Notes: generated by a model not told the origin, from the sequence alone. A stretch of 64,000 nucleotides of DNA from Alphaproteobacteria bacterium PA4 (GCA_002256005.1 NKIQ01000017.1:5040-69039); one strand, 5' to 3'; shown: positions 20,254-30,702, counted from the first letter of the stretch. A program made the numbers and translations.

Positions 20254-20349
20254 CGCCTCTCCGCCAACGCTGTTCACGCCCCGCCAACAGCGCTAAAGCC
20301 CTGCCATCCCGGCGCACGCCCGCCGCCCCAGCACAGGATCGCACGCCCC

Positions 20350-21513
20350 ATGTTTTCCCCCCTGCGTTTCAACCATGGCGAAACCATCGCCATGCTGCGC
20401 GACAGCGTCGCCGCCTTTGCCGCCGCCGAAATCGCGCCCCGCGCCGCCGAGATCGACGCCACCAACCAGTTCCCGATGGATTTGTGGAAAAAGCTCGGCG
20501 ACCTCGGCCTGCACGGCATCACGGTGAAGGAGGAGGATGGCGGCGCCGGCCTCGGCTATCTCGCCCATGTCATCGCCATCGAGGAGATCAGCCGCGCCTC
20601 GGCCAGCGTCGCATTGAGCTATGGCGCGCATTCCAATCTGTGCATCAACCAGATCGCCCGCTGGGGCAATGCCGAGCAAAAGGCGCGCTACCTGCCCAAG
20701 CTGATCAGCGGCGAACATGTTGGCAGCCTCGCCATGTCGGAGCCCGGCAGCGGCAGCGACGTCATCTCGATGAAGCTGCGCGCCGAACGGAAGGGCAATG
20801 ACGCCTATATCCTCAACGGCAACAAATTCTGGATCACCAACGGCCCCGACGCCAACACGCTGGTCGTCTATGGGAAGACCGACCCGGATGCCGGCCCGCG
20901 CGGCGTCACCGCCTTCCTCATCGAACGCGGCATGAAGGGCTTCTCGACCGCGCAGAAGCTCGACAAGCTGGGCATGCGCGGCTCCAACACCTGCGAGCTG
21001 GTGTTCGAGGATTGCGAGGTGCCGGCGGAAAATGTCCTGGGCGGCGTCGGCATGGGCGCCAAGGTGCTGATGTCCGGCCTCGATTACGAGCGCGTCGTGC
21101 TGTCGGGCGGGCCCTTGGGCATCATGGCCGCCTGCCTTGATGTCGTCATCCCCTATGTCCATGACCGCCAGCAGTTCGGCGCGCCGATCGGCACCTTCCA
21201 GCTGATGCAGGGCAAGCTCGCCGACATGTATGTCGCGCAATCGACGGCGCGCGCCTATACCTATGCCGTCGCCGAAGCCTGCGACCGCGGCGAGACCACC
21301 CGCAAGGATTCGGCGGGTTGCATCCTCTATTCCGCCGAAAAGGCCACCTGGATGGCGCTGGAGGCGATCCAGTGCCTGGGCGGCAACGGCTATATCAACG
21401 ATTACCCCACCGGGCGTCTGTTGCGCGATGCCAAGCTGTACGAGATCGGCGCCGGCACCAGCGAGATCCGCCGCTATCTGATCGGCCGCGAGCTGTTCGA
21501 CGAAAGCGCATGA
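20350..21513 (+). CDS. ivd: isovaleryl-CoA dehydrogenase
   Basis: 387 aa from ATG 20350. The acyl-CoA dehydrogenase fold shows the IVD-like motifs [27 protein letters not shown] and [12 protein letters not shown]. Confidence 0.8.
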   Translation: MFSPLRFNHGETIAMLRDSVAAFAAAEIAPRAAEIDATNQFPMDLWKKLGDLGLHGITVKEEDGGAGLGYLAHVIAIEEISRASASVALSYGAHSNLCINQIARWGNAEQKARYLPKLISGEHVGSLAMSEPGSGSDVISMKLRAERKGNDAYILNGNKFWITNGPDANTLVVYGKTDPDAGPRGVTAFLIERGMKGFSTAQKLDKLGMRGSNTCELVFEDCEVPAENVLGGVGMGAKVLMSGLDYERVVLSGGPLGIMAACLDVVIPYVHDRQQFGAPIGTFQLMQGKLADMYVAQSTARAYTYAVAEACDRGETTRKDSAGCILYSAEKATWMALEAIQCLGGNGYINDYPTGRLLRDAKLYEIGAGTSEIRRYLIGRELFDESA

Positions 21514-22016
21514 GGCTGCTCGGCGCCATCCTGGCCGGCGGCGCCGCGACCCGGTTCGGCAGTGACAAGGCGCTGGCGCTCTGGGCCGGTCAGCCGTTGA
21601 TTGCCCATGCCATCGCGGCGCTGGCCCCGCAGGTCGCGAAGCTCGCTGTCATCGGCCGCGACTGGCCGGGGCTGCTCAGCCTCGATGACCAACCGGCGCC
21701 CGGCCTCGGCCCGCTCGGCGGTCTGTGTGGCGCGCTGCTCCATGCGGCGGCGCATGGCTATGACGCCGTGCTCTGCGTGCCGTGCGACACGCTCGGCCTG
21801 CCTGCCGATCTGGCGGCGCGGCTGGCGCCCGGCCCGGCGGTGGCGCAGGGCCAGCGCGCCATCGGGCTATGGCCGGCCAGCCTCGCCCCTGCCCTGCTGG
21901 CCCGGCTGGCCAGCGGCGACAGCCGGGCGCTGCACGTCTGGGCCACGGCCTGTGGCGCGCGCACCGTCGATTGCGGCCCCTTGCACAACATCAACCGCCC
22001 GGAGGACCTGGGCTGA
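21510..22016 (+). CDS. mobA: molybdenum cofactor guanylyltransferase
   Basis: 168 aa beginning [21 protein letters not shown], with a later PCD motif (VPCDTLGLP). ATGA overlap with ivd. Confidence 0.75.
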   Translation: MRLLGAILAGGAATRFGSDKALALWAGQPLIAHAIAALAPQVAKLAVIGRDWPGLLSLDDQPAPGLGPLGGLCGALLHAAAHGYDAVLCVPCDTLGLPADLAARLAPGPAVAQGQRAIGLWPASLAPALLARLASGDSRALHVWATACGARTVDCGPLHNINRPEDLG

Positions 22017-22066
22017 GCCGGCATCCGGCGGATGACAGGCGCGCCACGCAGAGCTAGGCTGGCGCC

Positions 22067-23281
22067 ATGATCCGCACCCTGCTCCTCGCCTCCGCCCTCC
22101 TCGCCAGCCCGGCTGCCGCCGCACCCGACAAGGTGCTGCTCGCCGCCGCCACCGCCGCCGCCCCCGGCGTTACCGCCACGCTGGAGCAGCTGGTCAACAT
22201 CGAAACCGGCACCGGCGATGCCGAGGGCATGGCGACGATGGGCGCCTATCTCGAAACCCGCTTCAAGGCGCTCGGCGCCACGGTCGAGCGCGTCAAGCCG
22301 ACCGGCACGACGCGCGGCGACATCATCGTCGCGCGGCTGCAGGGGCGCGGCAAATCCAATTTGCTGCTGATCGGCCATATGGACACCGTTTATCAGCGCG
22401 GCGCGCTGGCGCGGGCGCCCTTCCATGTCGCCGATGGCAAGGCCTATGGCCCCGGCATTGCCGATGACAAGGGCGGCCTCGCCGTCATCCTGCACAGCCT
22501 GGCGCTGCTGAAGCCCGCCGATTTCGGCACCATCACCGTGGCCATCAACACCGATGAGGAAGTCGGCTCCCCCGGCTCCGGCGCCATCATCACCGAGCTG
22601 GCGCGCGGCCGGGACGCGGTGCTGTCGTTCGAGCCGACCTATATTCCCGAAGGCACGGTGCTCGGCACTTCCGGCACCGCCTTTGTCGTCGCCACCATCA
22701 CCGGCAAGGCCGCCCATGCCGGCAACGCCCCCGAACAGGGCATCAACGCGCTGGTCGAGGCCGCCAATGTCATCGCACGCACCCGCGACCTCGACCAGGG
22801 CCAGGGCAAGCTGCGCTTCAACTGGACGGTCGTCCGCCAGGAACCGGCCGGCGTGCGCAACATCATCCCCGACAGCATCACCCTGGTCGGTGACCTGCGC
22901 GTTCCCGACGATGCCGCCCGCGATGCCTTCGCCGCCGAAATCGCCCGCCGCGTGGCAACGCCGGGGGTCGCCGGCGCCAAGGTCGAGGTGAAGGTCATTC
23001 CCGGCCGCCCGGCCTATACCGCCGATGCCGCCAGCCGGGCGCTGATCGCTCGCGCCGTCGCCATCTATGCCGATATCGGCGAAACCATCGCCATCGCCCC
23101 CGGCCGCATGGGCGGCGGCACCGATGCCGGCTTTGCCGCCCGTGCCGGCGTGCCGGTGATCGAGGCCCTCGGCCTGCCCGGCTATGGCTATCACAGCAGC
23201 GCCGCCGAATATGTGCATCTGGAGGCGGTGCCGCGCCGGCTCTATCTGGCGGCGGCACTGATCCGGCAGTTGCGGAAATAG
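22067..23281 (+). CDS. secreted M20-family metallopeptidase (glutamate carboxypeptidase / CPG2-like)
   Basis: Signal peptide MIRTLLLASALLASPAAAAP. Motifs LLLIGHMDTVY, GIADDKGG and NTDEEVGSPGS. Confidence 0.75.
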   Translation: MIRTLLLASALLASPAAAAPDKVLLAAATAAAPGVTATLEQLVNIETGTGDAEGMATMGAYLETRFKALGATVERVKPTGTTRGDIIVARLQGRGKSNLLLIGHMDTVYQRGALARAPFHVADGKAYGPGIADDKGGLAVILHSLALLKPADFGTITVAINTDEEVGSPGSGAIITELARGRDAVLSFEPTYIPEGTVLGTSGTAFVVATITGKAAHAGNAPEQGINALVEAANVIARTRDLDQGQGKLRFNWTVVRQEPAGVRNIIPDSITLVGDLRVPDDAARDAFAAEIARRVATPGVAGAKVEVKVIPGRPAYTADAASRALIARAVAIYADIGETIAIAPGRMGGGTDAGFAARAGVPVIEALGLPGYGYHSSAAEYVHLEAVPRRLYLAAALIRQLRK

Positions 23282-23331
23282 CCGCGCGGCCGCCACTGGC
23301 GCCACCGGGCCGGCCCGGCTATCCACAGGCC

Positions 23332-24201
23332 ATGTCCCGCCCCACCGCCTTTGCCCAAGCTGCCATCGGCATCGGCTTCCTGTGCGGCGTCGATGTGCTG
23401 ATCAAGGTCATCGCGCGGCTCGATGTGCCGGTGCCGGTCATCACCTTCGGCCGCTATTTCACCGGCACCATCGTCTCGCTGGCGCTGTGGCTGGCGGCGG
23501 GGCGGCCGGCGATCACCCGCGCCATGCTGCCGGCGCATCTGCTGCGCGGCGTGTTCATCGCCATCATGGCCAGCCTGTTCTTCTGGTCGCTGACCAAGCT
23601 GCCACTCGCCGAAGCGGTGACATTGAGCTTCTTCGCGCCGCTGCTGGTGCCGGCGCTCGGCGCCATGTTCCTTGGTGAACCGATGCGCGGCCGCAGCGTC
23701 GCCGCCGGGCTGATCGGCTTTCTGGGGGTCATCGTCACCACCCAGGGCGCCCCCAGCTTCTCCGGCGATCGCCTGCTGGCGGTGGGTGCCGTGCTGGTGG
23801 CGGGGGCGGCCTATGCCGGCTCCATCGTCATCATGCGGGCGCGCTCCGGCCAGGATGGGCCGCAGGTGGTGACGCTGCTCGGCGCCGTCATCCCGCTGCT
23901 GCTGCTGTCTCCCACCGTGGTCGGCGCGGCGCTGCCGCCACCGGCGGCGCTGGGCTGGTTCGTGGCGCTGGGGCTGGTCAGCACCGCCGGCATGCAGCTG
24001 CTCAGCTATGCCTATGCGAAGATCGAAGCGCAGGTGCTGGCGGTGATGGAGTTCACCGCCCTGCCCTGGGCGGCGCTGTTCGGCTGGGCGGTGTTTGGGG
24101 AACCGGTGCGCTTGCAGGTCTGGGCTGGCGCTGCCATCATTCTGGCGGCCTGCGTCTGGGCGGGCCGCGAGGCGGCGCCTGCGGAGGTCACGGCGGAATA
24201 G
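23332..24201 (+). CDS. DMT-superfamily (EamA-like) transporter
   Basis: 289 aa with about 10 predicted hydrophobic helices in two EamA-like halves. Confidence 0.7.
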   Translation: MSRPTAFAQAAIGIGFLCGVDVLIKVIARLDVPVPVITFGRYFTGTIVSLALWLAAGRPAITRAMLPAHLLRGVFIAIMASLFFWSLTKLPLAEAVTLSFFAPLLVPALGAMFLGEPMRGRSVAAGLIGFLGVIVTTQGAPSFSGDRLLAVGAVLVAGAAYAGSIVIMRARSGQDGPQVVTLLGAVIPLLLLSPTVVGAALPPPAALGWFVALGLVSTAGMQLLSYAYAKIEAQVLAVMEFTALPWAALFGWAVFGEPVRLQVWAGAAIILAACVWAGREAAPAEVTAE

Positions 24202-24211
24202 GAGGGGGGCG

Positions 24212-24583
24212 ATGGCACGTGTGACCGGCCTCGGCGGCATCTTCTTCAAATGCGCGGACCCGGCAGCCACCCGCGCCTGGTATGGCGAGCATCTCGGCCT
24301 CGCCATCGACGATTACGGCTGCACCTTCGCCCCCGATGCCGATCCGCTGGCGCAAACCGTGTGGAGCCCGTTCAAGCCCGATACCGACTATTTCGGCCCC
24401 GGCCCGCAGGATTTCATGGTGAATTTCCGCGTCGATGATCTCGACGCGCTGCTGACCGCGCTGGCGGCCAAGGGCGTGACCTGCATCGGCGCACCGATCG
24501 ACGAAAGCTATGGCAAGTTCGGCTGGATCATCGATTGCGACGGCCGCCGCATCGAGCTGTGGCAGCCGAAGACGCCGGTGTGA
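24212..24583 (+). CDS. VOC (glyoxalase/bleomycin-resistance fold) family protein
   Basis: 123 aa. GGAGGGGGG SD upstream. N-terminal GLGGIFFKCADPAATRAWY and C-terminal GWIIDCDGRRIELWQP are typical of the VOC fold. Confidence 0.7.
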   Translation: MARVTGLGGIFFKCADPAATRAWYGEHLGLAIDDYGCTFAPDADPLAQTVWSPFKPDTDYFGPGPQDFMVNFRVDDLDALLTALAAKGVTCIGAPIDESYGKFGWIIDCDGRRIELWQPKTPV

Positions 24584-24618
24584 CGGCCGGGGGCGCTGCG
24601 ATCCGGCGACAAGACCAT

Positions 24619-24659
24619 GCCTCCGGCGGCAGGGGCCTCAGGCCCCCGCCGCCGGAGGC
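24619..24659. repeat. family-A solo hairpin (outer arms only); possible bidirectional terminator
   Basis: GCCTCCGGCGGCAGGGGCC-TCA-GGCCCCCGCCGCCGGAGGC gives a 19-bp stem with one mismatch and a 3-nt loop. It lies between convergent genes. Confidence 0.8.
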
Positions 24660-24694
24660 AGCATTTATCCAGTCGTCGCGCCGGAATCAGCCCC

Positions 24695-25162
24695 TCAGGC
24701 CGGGGGGTCGGCGATCATCGCGGTGAAGCTGCACTCCGCCGCCAGCTTGCCGGCGATTTCGGCGCGGCCGTTGAACTTGCTGACCCGGCCGCGGTTCTGG
24801 GTGAACTCCACCTTCAGGTCGAGCAGGCAGCCCGGCTCCACCGGCACGCGGAACTTGGCATTGTCGATGGCCATGAAATAGACCAGCTTGCCGGCGCCGG
24901 CATCACCCAATGTGCGCAGCGCGAGGACGCCGGCGGTCTGCGCCAGCGCCTCGATGATCAGCACGCCGGGCATGATCGGCCGGCCGGGGAAATGCCCGGC
25001 AAAGAACGGCTCGTTGATCGTCACCGCCTTGATGCCGCGCGCCGATTGCCCGAGGACGATATCCTCAACCCGGTCGACGAGCAACATCGGGAAGCGGTGC
25101 GGCAGCACCGCCATCACCGCCAATATGTCGGCGCTGCTGGCGGTGGTGGCGGTATCGGTCAT
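24695..25162 (-). CDS. fabZ: 3-hydroxyacyl-ACP dehydratase
   Basis: 155 aa with [13 protein letters not shown] and [23 protein letters not shown]. Confidence 0.95.
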   Translation of the reverse strand: MTDTATTASSADILAVMAVLPHRFPMLLVDRVEDIVLGQSARGIKAVTINEPFFAGHFPGRPIMPGVLIIEALAQTAGVLALRTLGDAGAGKLVYFMAIDNAKFRVPVEPGCLLDLKVEFTQNRGRVSKFNGRAEIAGKLAAECSFTAMIADPPA

Positions 25163-25177
25163 GCCCGGTGACGCTGC

Positions 25178-25756
25178 TTACTTGGCCGGGGCCGGGGCGG
25201 CGGGCGCGGCCGGCGGGGTGGTGGCAACGCGCGGCAGCGCCTTGTCGAGCCGGGCGAGGATGTCGGCGGTGATGTCCAGCGCGGCGGCGTGCTGCAGGCG
25301 GGCGCCTTCGGCAATCGCGATATTGGCGCCGCGTTCCTTCATGATCTGGGTGATGATCGGCTGCATCTGGTCGTTGATCTGGCTGATCACATAACGCTGC
25401 GACAGCTGCAGGTCCTGGTTGCGCTTGGCCAGTTCATTCTGGGCGGCCTGGGCGCGGGTGCTGAAATCCTTGGCCTTGGCTTCCCAGGCGGTGGCGGCCG
25501 GGCCGGGTGCGGTCGGGCGGCTGGTTTCCAGCGTCTGCTGTTCGGCGCCGAGCTGGTTCTGCAGCTGGGTGGTGCGGGCCTGGATGCCATCGGAGCGCGT
25601 CTTCAGCTCGGCAAAGGCGGCCTTGCCGGCGGCGGAGTTGGTGATGACATTGTCGATATTGACGACAACGATGACGGCCGGCGGCAGCTGCTGGGCAGCA
25701 ACCGGGGCAGTGACAGCGGCGCTGGCGAGGGCCAGGGCAATAAGCAGCTTCTTCAT
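25178..25756 (-). CDS. skp: OmpH/Skp-family periplasmic chaperone
   Basis: 192 aa with a signal peptide and a Gln/Ala-rich coiled body. Lies immediately downstream of bamA with a 1-nt overlap. Confidence 0.8.
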   Translation of the reverse strand: MKKLLIALALASAAVTAPVAAQQLPPAVIVVVNIDNVITNSAAGKAAFAELKTRSDGIQARTTQLQNQLGAEQQTLETSRPTAPGPAATAWEAKAKDFSTRAQAAQNELAKRNQDLQLSQRYVISQINDQMQPIITQIMKERGANIAIAEGARLQHAAALDITADILARLDKALPRVATTPPAAPAAPAPAK

Positions 25757-28332
25757 CAGAATTGAGTCCCTACGTTGAATTGGAAAAGTTGCACGTCATC
25801 GCCCGGCTGGGTCAGCAACGCCTTGGCAAGGTCGAAGCGGAACGGCCCGAACGGCGAATTCCAGTTGACGCCGATCCCCACCGATAGCCTTGGTTTCGGC
25901 GAATTGCCAAGGAACTGTTCGACAAAGCCCGTGGACGAGCCATTGTACGGCAAGCAGCCGGGGAGATTGGTGGTCGGGCCGTTGAGGCAGGTCAGCTGCG
26001 GGGTCTTGACACTCCACAGCGCGCCGACATCGGTGAAGATCGACGGCCGCAGCCCCAGTTCGGCACCGCTGGCGCCGAGCGGGATCTGCACTTCCATGCG
26101 CGCCAGATAATAGGCCCGGCCGCCCAGCGAGTCATCGGACTGCTGACGGCGGTCCTCGATGATGTTGCCATTGCCATCGAGCGGCTTCCTGAGCACGCGC
26201 GGGCCGACACCGCGGATGTTGAAGCCGCGCATCTGCGGCTGGCCGAGGAAGAAGCGATCGGTGAGCAGCACGTCCTGGCCACCATAGCCGGTGATATAGC
26301 CGGCTTCGCCGCCGATGTTGAGCACGAAGCCCGAGCCGAACAGCGCGTGATACCAGTCATAATTCAACCGGTTGCGGATATATTTGACGCCGATGAGGAC
26401 ACCGGCGAGATCCTGGCTGAACGAGAAGCGCTGGCCCGAGGTCGGCCGCAGCGCATTGTTGGTGTTGTTGAAGATGATCGAATAGCCGATCGACGAGATG
26501 GTGCGCTTGCCGAGCGCGTCGCAGAGATAGCGGCCGGCCAGCAGGGGATCGCACTTGCCGTTGGTGAAGAAGGTCGCTTCATCCAGCCCGATGTTTTCGA
26601 AGCTGAGGCCGTAGCGCAGCGACGCTGCCCAGAATTCGGTGATCGAGAAGCCGGTGCGGACCTGGAAGCCGGTCGACACCTGCGTATAGGTCGTGTCGCG
26701 GGTGTTGTTGCTGGTGAAGCGGAACGAGCGGAAGTCGCGGCGGAAGATGTCGAAGCCCAGCGCCAGGTTGCGGCCGAACAGATAGGGTTCGGTAAAGCCG
26801 GCTTCGATCGATTTGGAAAAGCTGGAGACATTGGCCGACAGGCGCAATTCCTGGCCGCGACCGCGGAAATTGCGCTGGCGGATCGACAGCGACAGGATGA
26901 AGCGTTCGAGGCTGGAGAAGCCGGCCGAGACCTGCAGTTCGCCGGTCGGCTTTTCCTGCAGATTGGCTTCGAGGATGACCTTGTCCGGCGCCGAGCCGGG
27001 CTTCTGCTCGATCTCGAACTTTTCCTGGAAATAGCCCAGGGATTTCAGACGGTCGCTGGTGCGCTTGACCTTGATCGAATTGAAGGCATCGCCTTCCGCC
27101 AGGCGGAATTCGCGGCGGATGACGGTGTCGAGCGTCGTCGTGTTGCCGTTGATCTGGACGCGTTCGACATAGACACGTGGCACTTCGCCAATGGCGAAGG
27201 TCACGTTCATCTCGCGCTTTTCCTTGTCGCGGTCGAACTGCGGCCGCACATCGGCAAAGGCATAGCCGAGCAGGCCGGCGGTCTCGGTCAGCCCCTCGAC
27301 CGTGTCCTCGATCTTTTTCGCGTCATACCAGTCGCCGGTCTTGATGGCGATCAGCGAGCGGAATTCCTTGGGCTTGATGTCGCGCAGCTGGCTTTCGAGA
27401 TCGACCTTGCCGAACTTGTAGCGCTCGCCTTCGTCCAGCACATAGGTGACGATGAAATCGCGCTTGTCGGGCGTCAGCTCGGCGACCTGCGACACGACGC
27501 GGAAATCGGCATAGCCGTTGGTCAGATAGAATTGCCGCAGCTTCTGCGCGTCATAGGCCAGGCGATCGGGATCATAAGTGTCGTTCGACGTGAAGAAGCG
27601 CCAGGCCCGCGACTGTTTCGTCGCCATGGCGCCGCGGATTTCGCCTTCGCTGAACTTGGTGTTGCCGAGGATGTTGATCTGGCGGACCTTGGACTTCGGC
27701 CCTTCCTGCATTTCGAACACCACATCGACGCGGTTCTGTTCGAGCTGGATGATCTTGGGCTCGACCGAGGCGCCGAAGCGGCCGGAGCGGCGATAGAGTT
27801 CAAGGATGCGGCCGACATCGGCGCGCGCCTTCGAACGCGTGAAGATCTGGCGCGGCGCAAGGCGGATTTCCTCGCGGATCTTGTCTTCCTTGACGCGCTT
27901 GGCGCCTTCGATGACGATCCGGTTGATCACCGGATTTTCCTTCACCTCGACGACCAGCGCGCCATTGTCGTCGCGGATCGTCGCATCGGAAAACAGCTCG
28001 GACGCATAAAGCGCCTTCACCGCCTGGTCGGCGCGGTCGCGGTCATAGCGGTCGCCGACGGCGAGATTGAGGTAGGAGCGTACGGTTTCCGGCTCCAGCC
28101 GCTCGGTCCCGCGCACGATGACGGCGCGGACGATGCCTTCGCCGCCCGCCGTGGCGCCCGTGGTGGCCACCGGCACCTCGACATCGGGGCGCGGCGGCGG
28201 CGGCGGTGCCGGCGCCGCTTCCGGCGGGCGCGGGCCGCGCTGCGCCAGTGCCGGCGATGCCAGCATGGTCGAAATCAGCAAAAGCGATGTCAGGCGCCGC
28301 GTCGTGCGATTCTGCCCGGAACTCTGGTTCAC
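25756..28332 (-). CDS. bamA: outer membrane protein assembly factor BamA
   Basis: 858 aa. GTG start, signal peptide, Pro-rich linker, POTRA repeats and a C-terminal beta-barrel ending ...FQFNVGTQF. Confidence 0.9.
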   Translation of the reverse strand: MNQSSGQNRTTRRLTSLLLISTMLASPALAQRGPRPPEAAPAPPPPPRPDVEVPVATTGATAGGEGIVRAVIVRGTERLEPETVRSYLNLAVGDRYDRDRADQAVKALYASELFSDATIRDDNGALVVEVKENPVINRIVIEGAKRVKEDKIREEIRLAPRQIFTRSKARADVGRILELYRRSGRFGASVEPKIIQLEQNRVDVVFEMQEGPKSKVRQINILGNTKFSEGEIRGAMATKQSRAWRFFTSNDTYDPDRLAYDAQKLRQFYLTNGYADFRVVSQVAELTPDKRDFIVTYVLDEGERYKFGKVDLESQLRDIKPKEFRSLIAIKTGDWYDAKKIEDTVEGLTETAGLLGYAFADVRPQFDRDKEKREMNVTFAIGEVPRVYVERVQINGNTTTLDTVIRREFRLAEGDAFNSIKVKRTSDRLKSLGYFQEKFEIEQKPGSAPDKVILEANLQEKPTGELQVSAGFSSLERFILSLSIRQRNFRGRGQELRLSANVSSFSKSIEAGFTEPYLFGRNLALGFDIFRRDFRSFRFTSNNTRDTTYTQVSTGFQVRTGFSITEFWAASLRYGLSFENIGLDEATFFTNGKCDPLLAGRYLCDALGKRTISSIGYSIIFNNTNNALRPTSGQRFSFSQDLAGVLIGVKYIRNRLNYDWYHALFGSGFVLNIGGEAGYITGYGGQDVLLTDRFFLGQPQMRGFNIRGVGPRVLRKPLDGNGNIIEDRRQQSDDSLGGRAYYLARMEVQIPLGASGAELGLRPSIFTDVGALWSVKTPQLTCLNGPTTNLPGCLPYNGSSTGFVEQFLGNSPKPRLSVGIGVNWNSPFGPFRFDLAKALLTQPGDDVQLFQFNVGTQF

Positions 28333-28399
28333 GCGTCGATCGTCCTTACTGCCACCCGAAACCCGTGTTTCGCCCCTGTTGTCCGTCCGTCGTCCGCCA

Positions 28400-29545
28400 T
28401 TATTGCAACCAGCCGGTCAGCGCCTTGACCACGCCGATCGAGCCGAGATCATTCCAGGTCAGCACCACCATCAGCGACATGATGGCGGCAAAGCCCGACA
28501 TGAAGGCCCATTCCTGCACCCTGGCGCTGATCGGCTGCCGCCGAACTGCCTCGACCGCGTAAAGGAGAAGATGGCCGCCGTCCAGCATGGGGATGGGGAT
28601 TAGGTTGATGAAGCCGAGGTTGATGGAAAAGAACGCCATGAAGGCGATGAACGACAATAGCCCCAGCGACGCCTGCTGGCCGGTCACCTGTCCGGTCTTC
28701 AGCGGCCCGCCCATTTCATCGAGGCTGCGTTCGCCGATGACGATCTGGCGGATGGTGCGGGCGATGGAGCGGGTGATGTTCCAGGTGTCGGTGACGCCAT
28801 AGGCCAGCGCCCGGACCGGCCCGACCGGCTCCACCACCTGCGCGCCGCTGCGCGCGATGCCGATGCGCCCATGGCGGCTGATGTTGCCGAAGCGGTCGCG
28901 GCTTTCGACCATGCGCGGCGTGAGCAGCACGCTCGCGGCGCGGCCATCGCGGACATAGTCGATACGCAACGGCTGGCCGGTGCTGGTCAGCGCGACATTG
29001 GCGATATCCTCGAACCGGTCGATGCCATGGCCATCGATGCGGGTGATGCGATCGCCGGGCTGCAACCCGGCGGCGGCGGCGGCGCCATCGGGCAGCACGG
29101 CGCTGACCACCGGCGGCGTCGAAGGATGGCCGAGCGCCATGTAGAAGCCGGCGAGGATGAGGATGGCGAAGGCGAAGTTGATCAGCGGCCCGGCAGCAAC
29201 GACAATGGCGCGCTGCCACAGCGGCTTGAACAGGAACAGATCGCGGCGTTCGGCCGGCGGCAGCGCCAGCAGTTCGGGATCGGGCTGGCTGGCGGCGTTC
29301 ATGTCGCCGGTGAATTTCACATAGCCGCCGAGCGGAATCAGGTTGACCCGCCAGCGCGTGCCGCGGGCATCGTTCCAGCCGAACAATTCACGGCCGAAGC
29401 CAAAGGCAAAGGCGTCGATCTTAACACCGAACCAGCGCCCCGCCAGATAATGGCCGCCTTCATGCACCACCACCAGCACCGCCACCATGGCGATATAGCT
29501 GGCCAGGGTGAACAACAGGCCGGGCTGGGGCAGCAGGTCGGTCAT
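28400..29545 (-). CDS. rseP: RIP zinc metalloprotease RseP
   Basis: HEGGHY zincin motif in TM1, a PDZ region, and a C-terminal NLIPIPMLDGG motif. Confidence 0.9.
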   Translation of the reverse strand: MTDLLPQPGLLFTLASYIAMVAVLVVVHEGGHYLAGRWFGVKIDAFAFGFGRELFGWNDARGTRWRVNLIPLGGYVKFTGDMNAASQPDPELLALPPAERRDLFLFKPLWQRAIVVAAGPLINFAFAILILAGFYMALGHPSTPPVVSAVLPDGAAAAAGLQPGDRITRIDGHGIDRFEDIANVALTSTGQPLRIDYVRDGRAASVLLTPRMVESRDRFGNISRHGRIGIARSGAQVVEPVGPVRALAYGVTDTWNITRSIARTIRQIVIGERSLDEMGGPLKTGQVTGQQASLGLLSFIAFMAFFSINLGFINLIPIPMLDGGHLLLYAVEAVRRQPISARVQEWAFMSGFAAIMSLMVVLTWNDLGSIGVVKALTGWLQ

Positions 29546-30702
29546 GGCAGTCTGGCCCTCACCTCGTCCCCCGCAACCCGGCGGGCATCGGCATCGACGG
29601 CCAGCACCTCGGCCAGCGAACCCACCGGACCGGCGGGCAGCCGGCTGAGCGTGGCGGCGACGATGGCATCGATATCGAGGAACGATACTTGCCCGGCGAT
29701 GAACGCCGCCACCGCGACCTCATTGGCGGCATTGAGGATGCAGGGCGCCGAGCCACCGGCACGCAGCGCATCCCAGGCCAGCGCGAGGCAGGGAAAGCGT
29801 TCGAGATCAGGCGCTTCGAAGGTCAGGCTGCCGATCCGGGCGAGGTCAAGCCGCGCTGCCGGGGTGGCGATGCGTTCCGGCCAGGCCATGGCATAGGCGA
29901 TGGGGATGCGCATGTCGGGGCTGCCCAGCTGCGCCAGCACCGAGCCATCGACATATTCGACCATCGAATGCACCACCGACTGCGGGTGGATGATGACATC
30001 CAGCTTTTCGGCGCCGACCGGGAACAGATGCCAGGCCTCGATCAGCTCCAGCCCCTTGTTCATCAGCGTGGCGGAATCGATGGAGATCTTGGCGCCCATC
30101 GACCAGGTCGGATGCTTGCAGGCGTCGGCGACGGAGACGGTCTTCAACTCGGCGCGGGCGCGGGTGCGGAACGGCCCGCCGCTGCAGGTGAGGATGATCT
30201 TCGCGACCCGGTCCGGCTGGTCGTGATCGAAGACCTGGAACACGGCATTGTGCTCGCTGTCGACGGGCAGCAGCCGCGCGCCCGAGGCTTTCGCCGCCGC
30301 CGTCACCACCGGCCCGGCGCAGACGAGCGTTTCCTTGTTGGCGATGCCGAGCGTCGCGCCGCGTTCGACGGCGGCCAGCGTCGGCCCCAGCCCGGCGGCG
30401 CCGACAATGGCGGTCAGCACCACCTCGCCCGGCCGGCGCGCCGCTTCGCAAATGGCGTCCTTGCCGGCAGCGACTTCGATATCGGTGCCGGCGAGCGCGT
30501 CCTTCAGCGCGGCATAGGCCGTTTCGTCGGCGATGGCGGCAAAGCGGGCGCCACAGGCGCGCGCCGCCTTGGCCAGCCCTTCGACGTCGCTGTTGGCGGT
30601 CAGTGCCTCGACCTGCCAGCGGCCGGGGTTGCGGGTGACAAGATCGAGCGCCTGGCTGCCGACCGAGCCGGTGGCGCCGAGAATGGTCAAAGTGCGCGTC
30701 AT
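29542..30702 (-). CDS. dxr: 1-deoxy-D-xylulose-5-phosphate reductoisomerase
   Basis: LTILGATGSVGSQALD N-terminus, plus LLPVDSEHNA and HPQSVVHSMVEY. Confidence 0.95.
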   Translation of the reverse strand: MTRTLTILGATGSVGSQALDLVTRNPGRWQVEALTANSDVEGLAKAARACGARFAAIADETAYAALKDALAGTDIEVAAGKDAICEAARRPGEVVLTAIVGAAGLGPTLAAVERGATLGIANKETLVCAGPVVTAAAKASGARLLPVDSEHNAVFQVFDHDQPDRVAKIILTCSGGPFRTRARAELKTVSVADACKHPTWSMGAKISIDSATLMNKGLELIEAWHLFPVGAEKLDVIIHPQSVVHSMVEYVDGSVLAQLGSPDMRIPIAYAMAWPERIATPAARLDLARIGSLTFEAPDLERFPCLALAWDALRAGGSAPCILNAANEVAVAAFIAGQVSFLDIDAIVAATLSRLPAGPVGSLAEVLAVDADARRVAGDEVRARLP

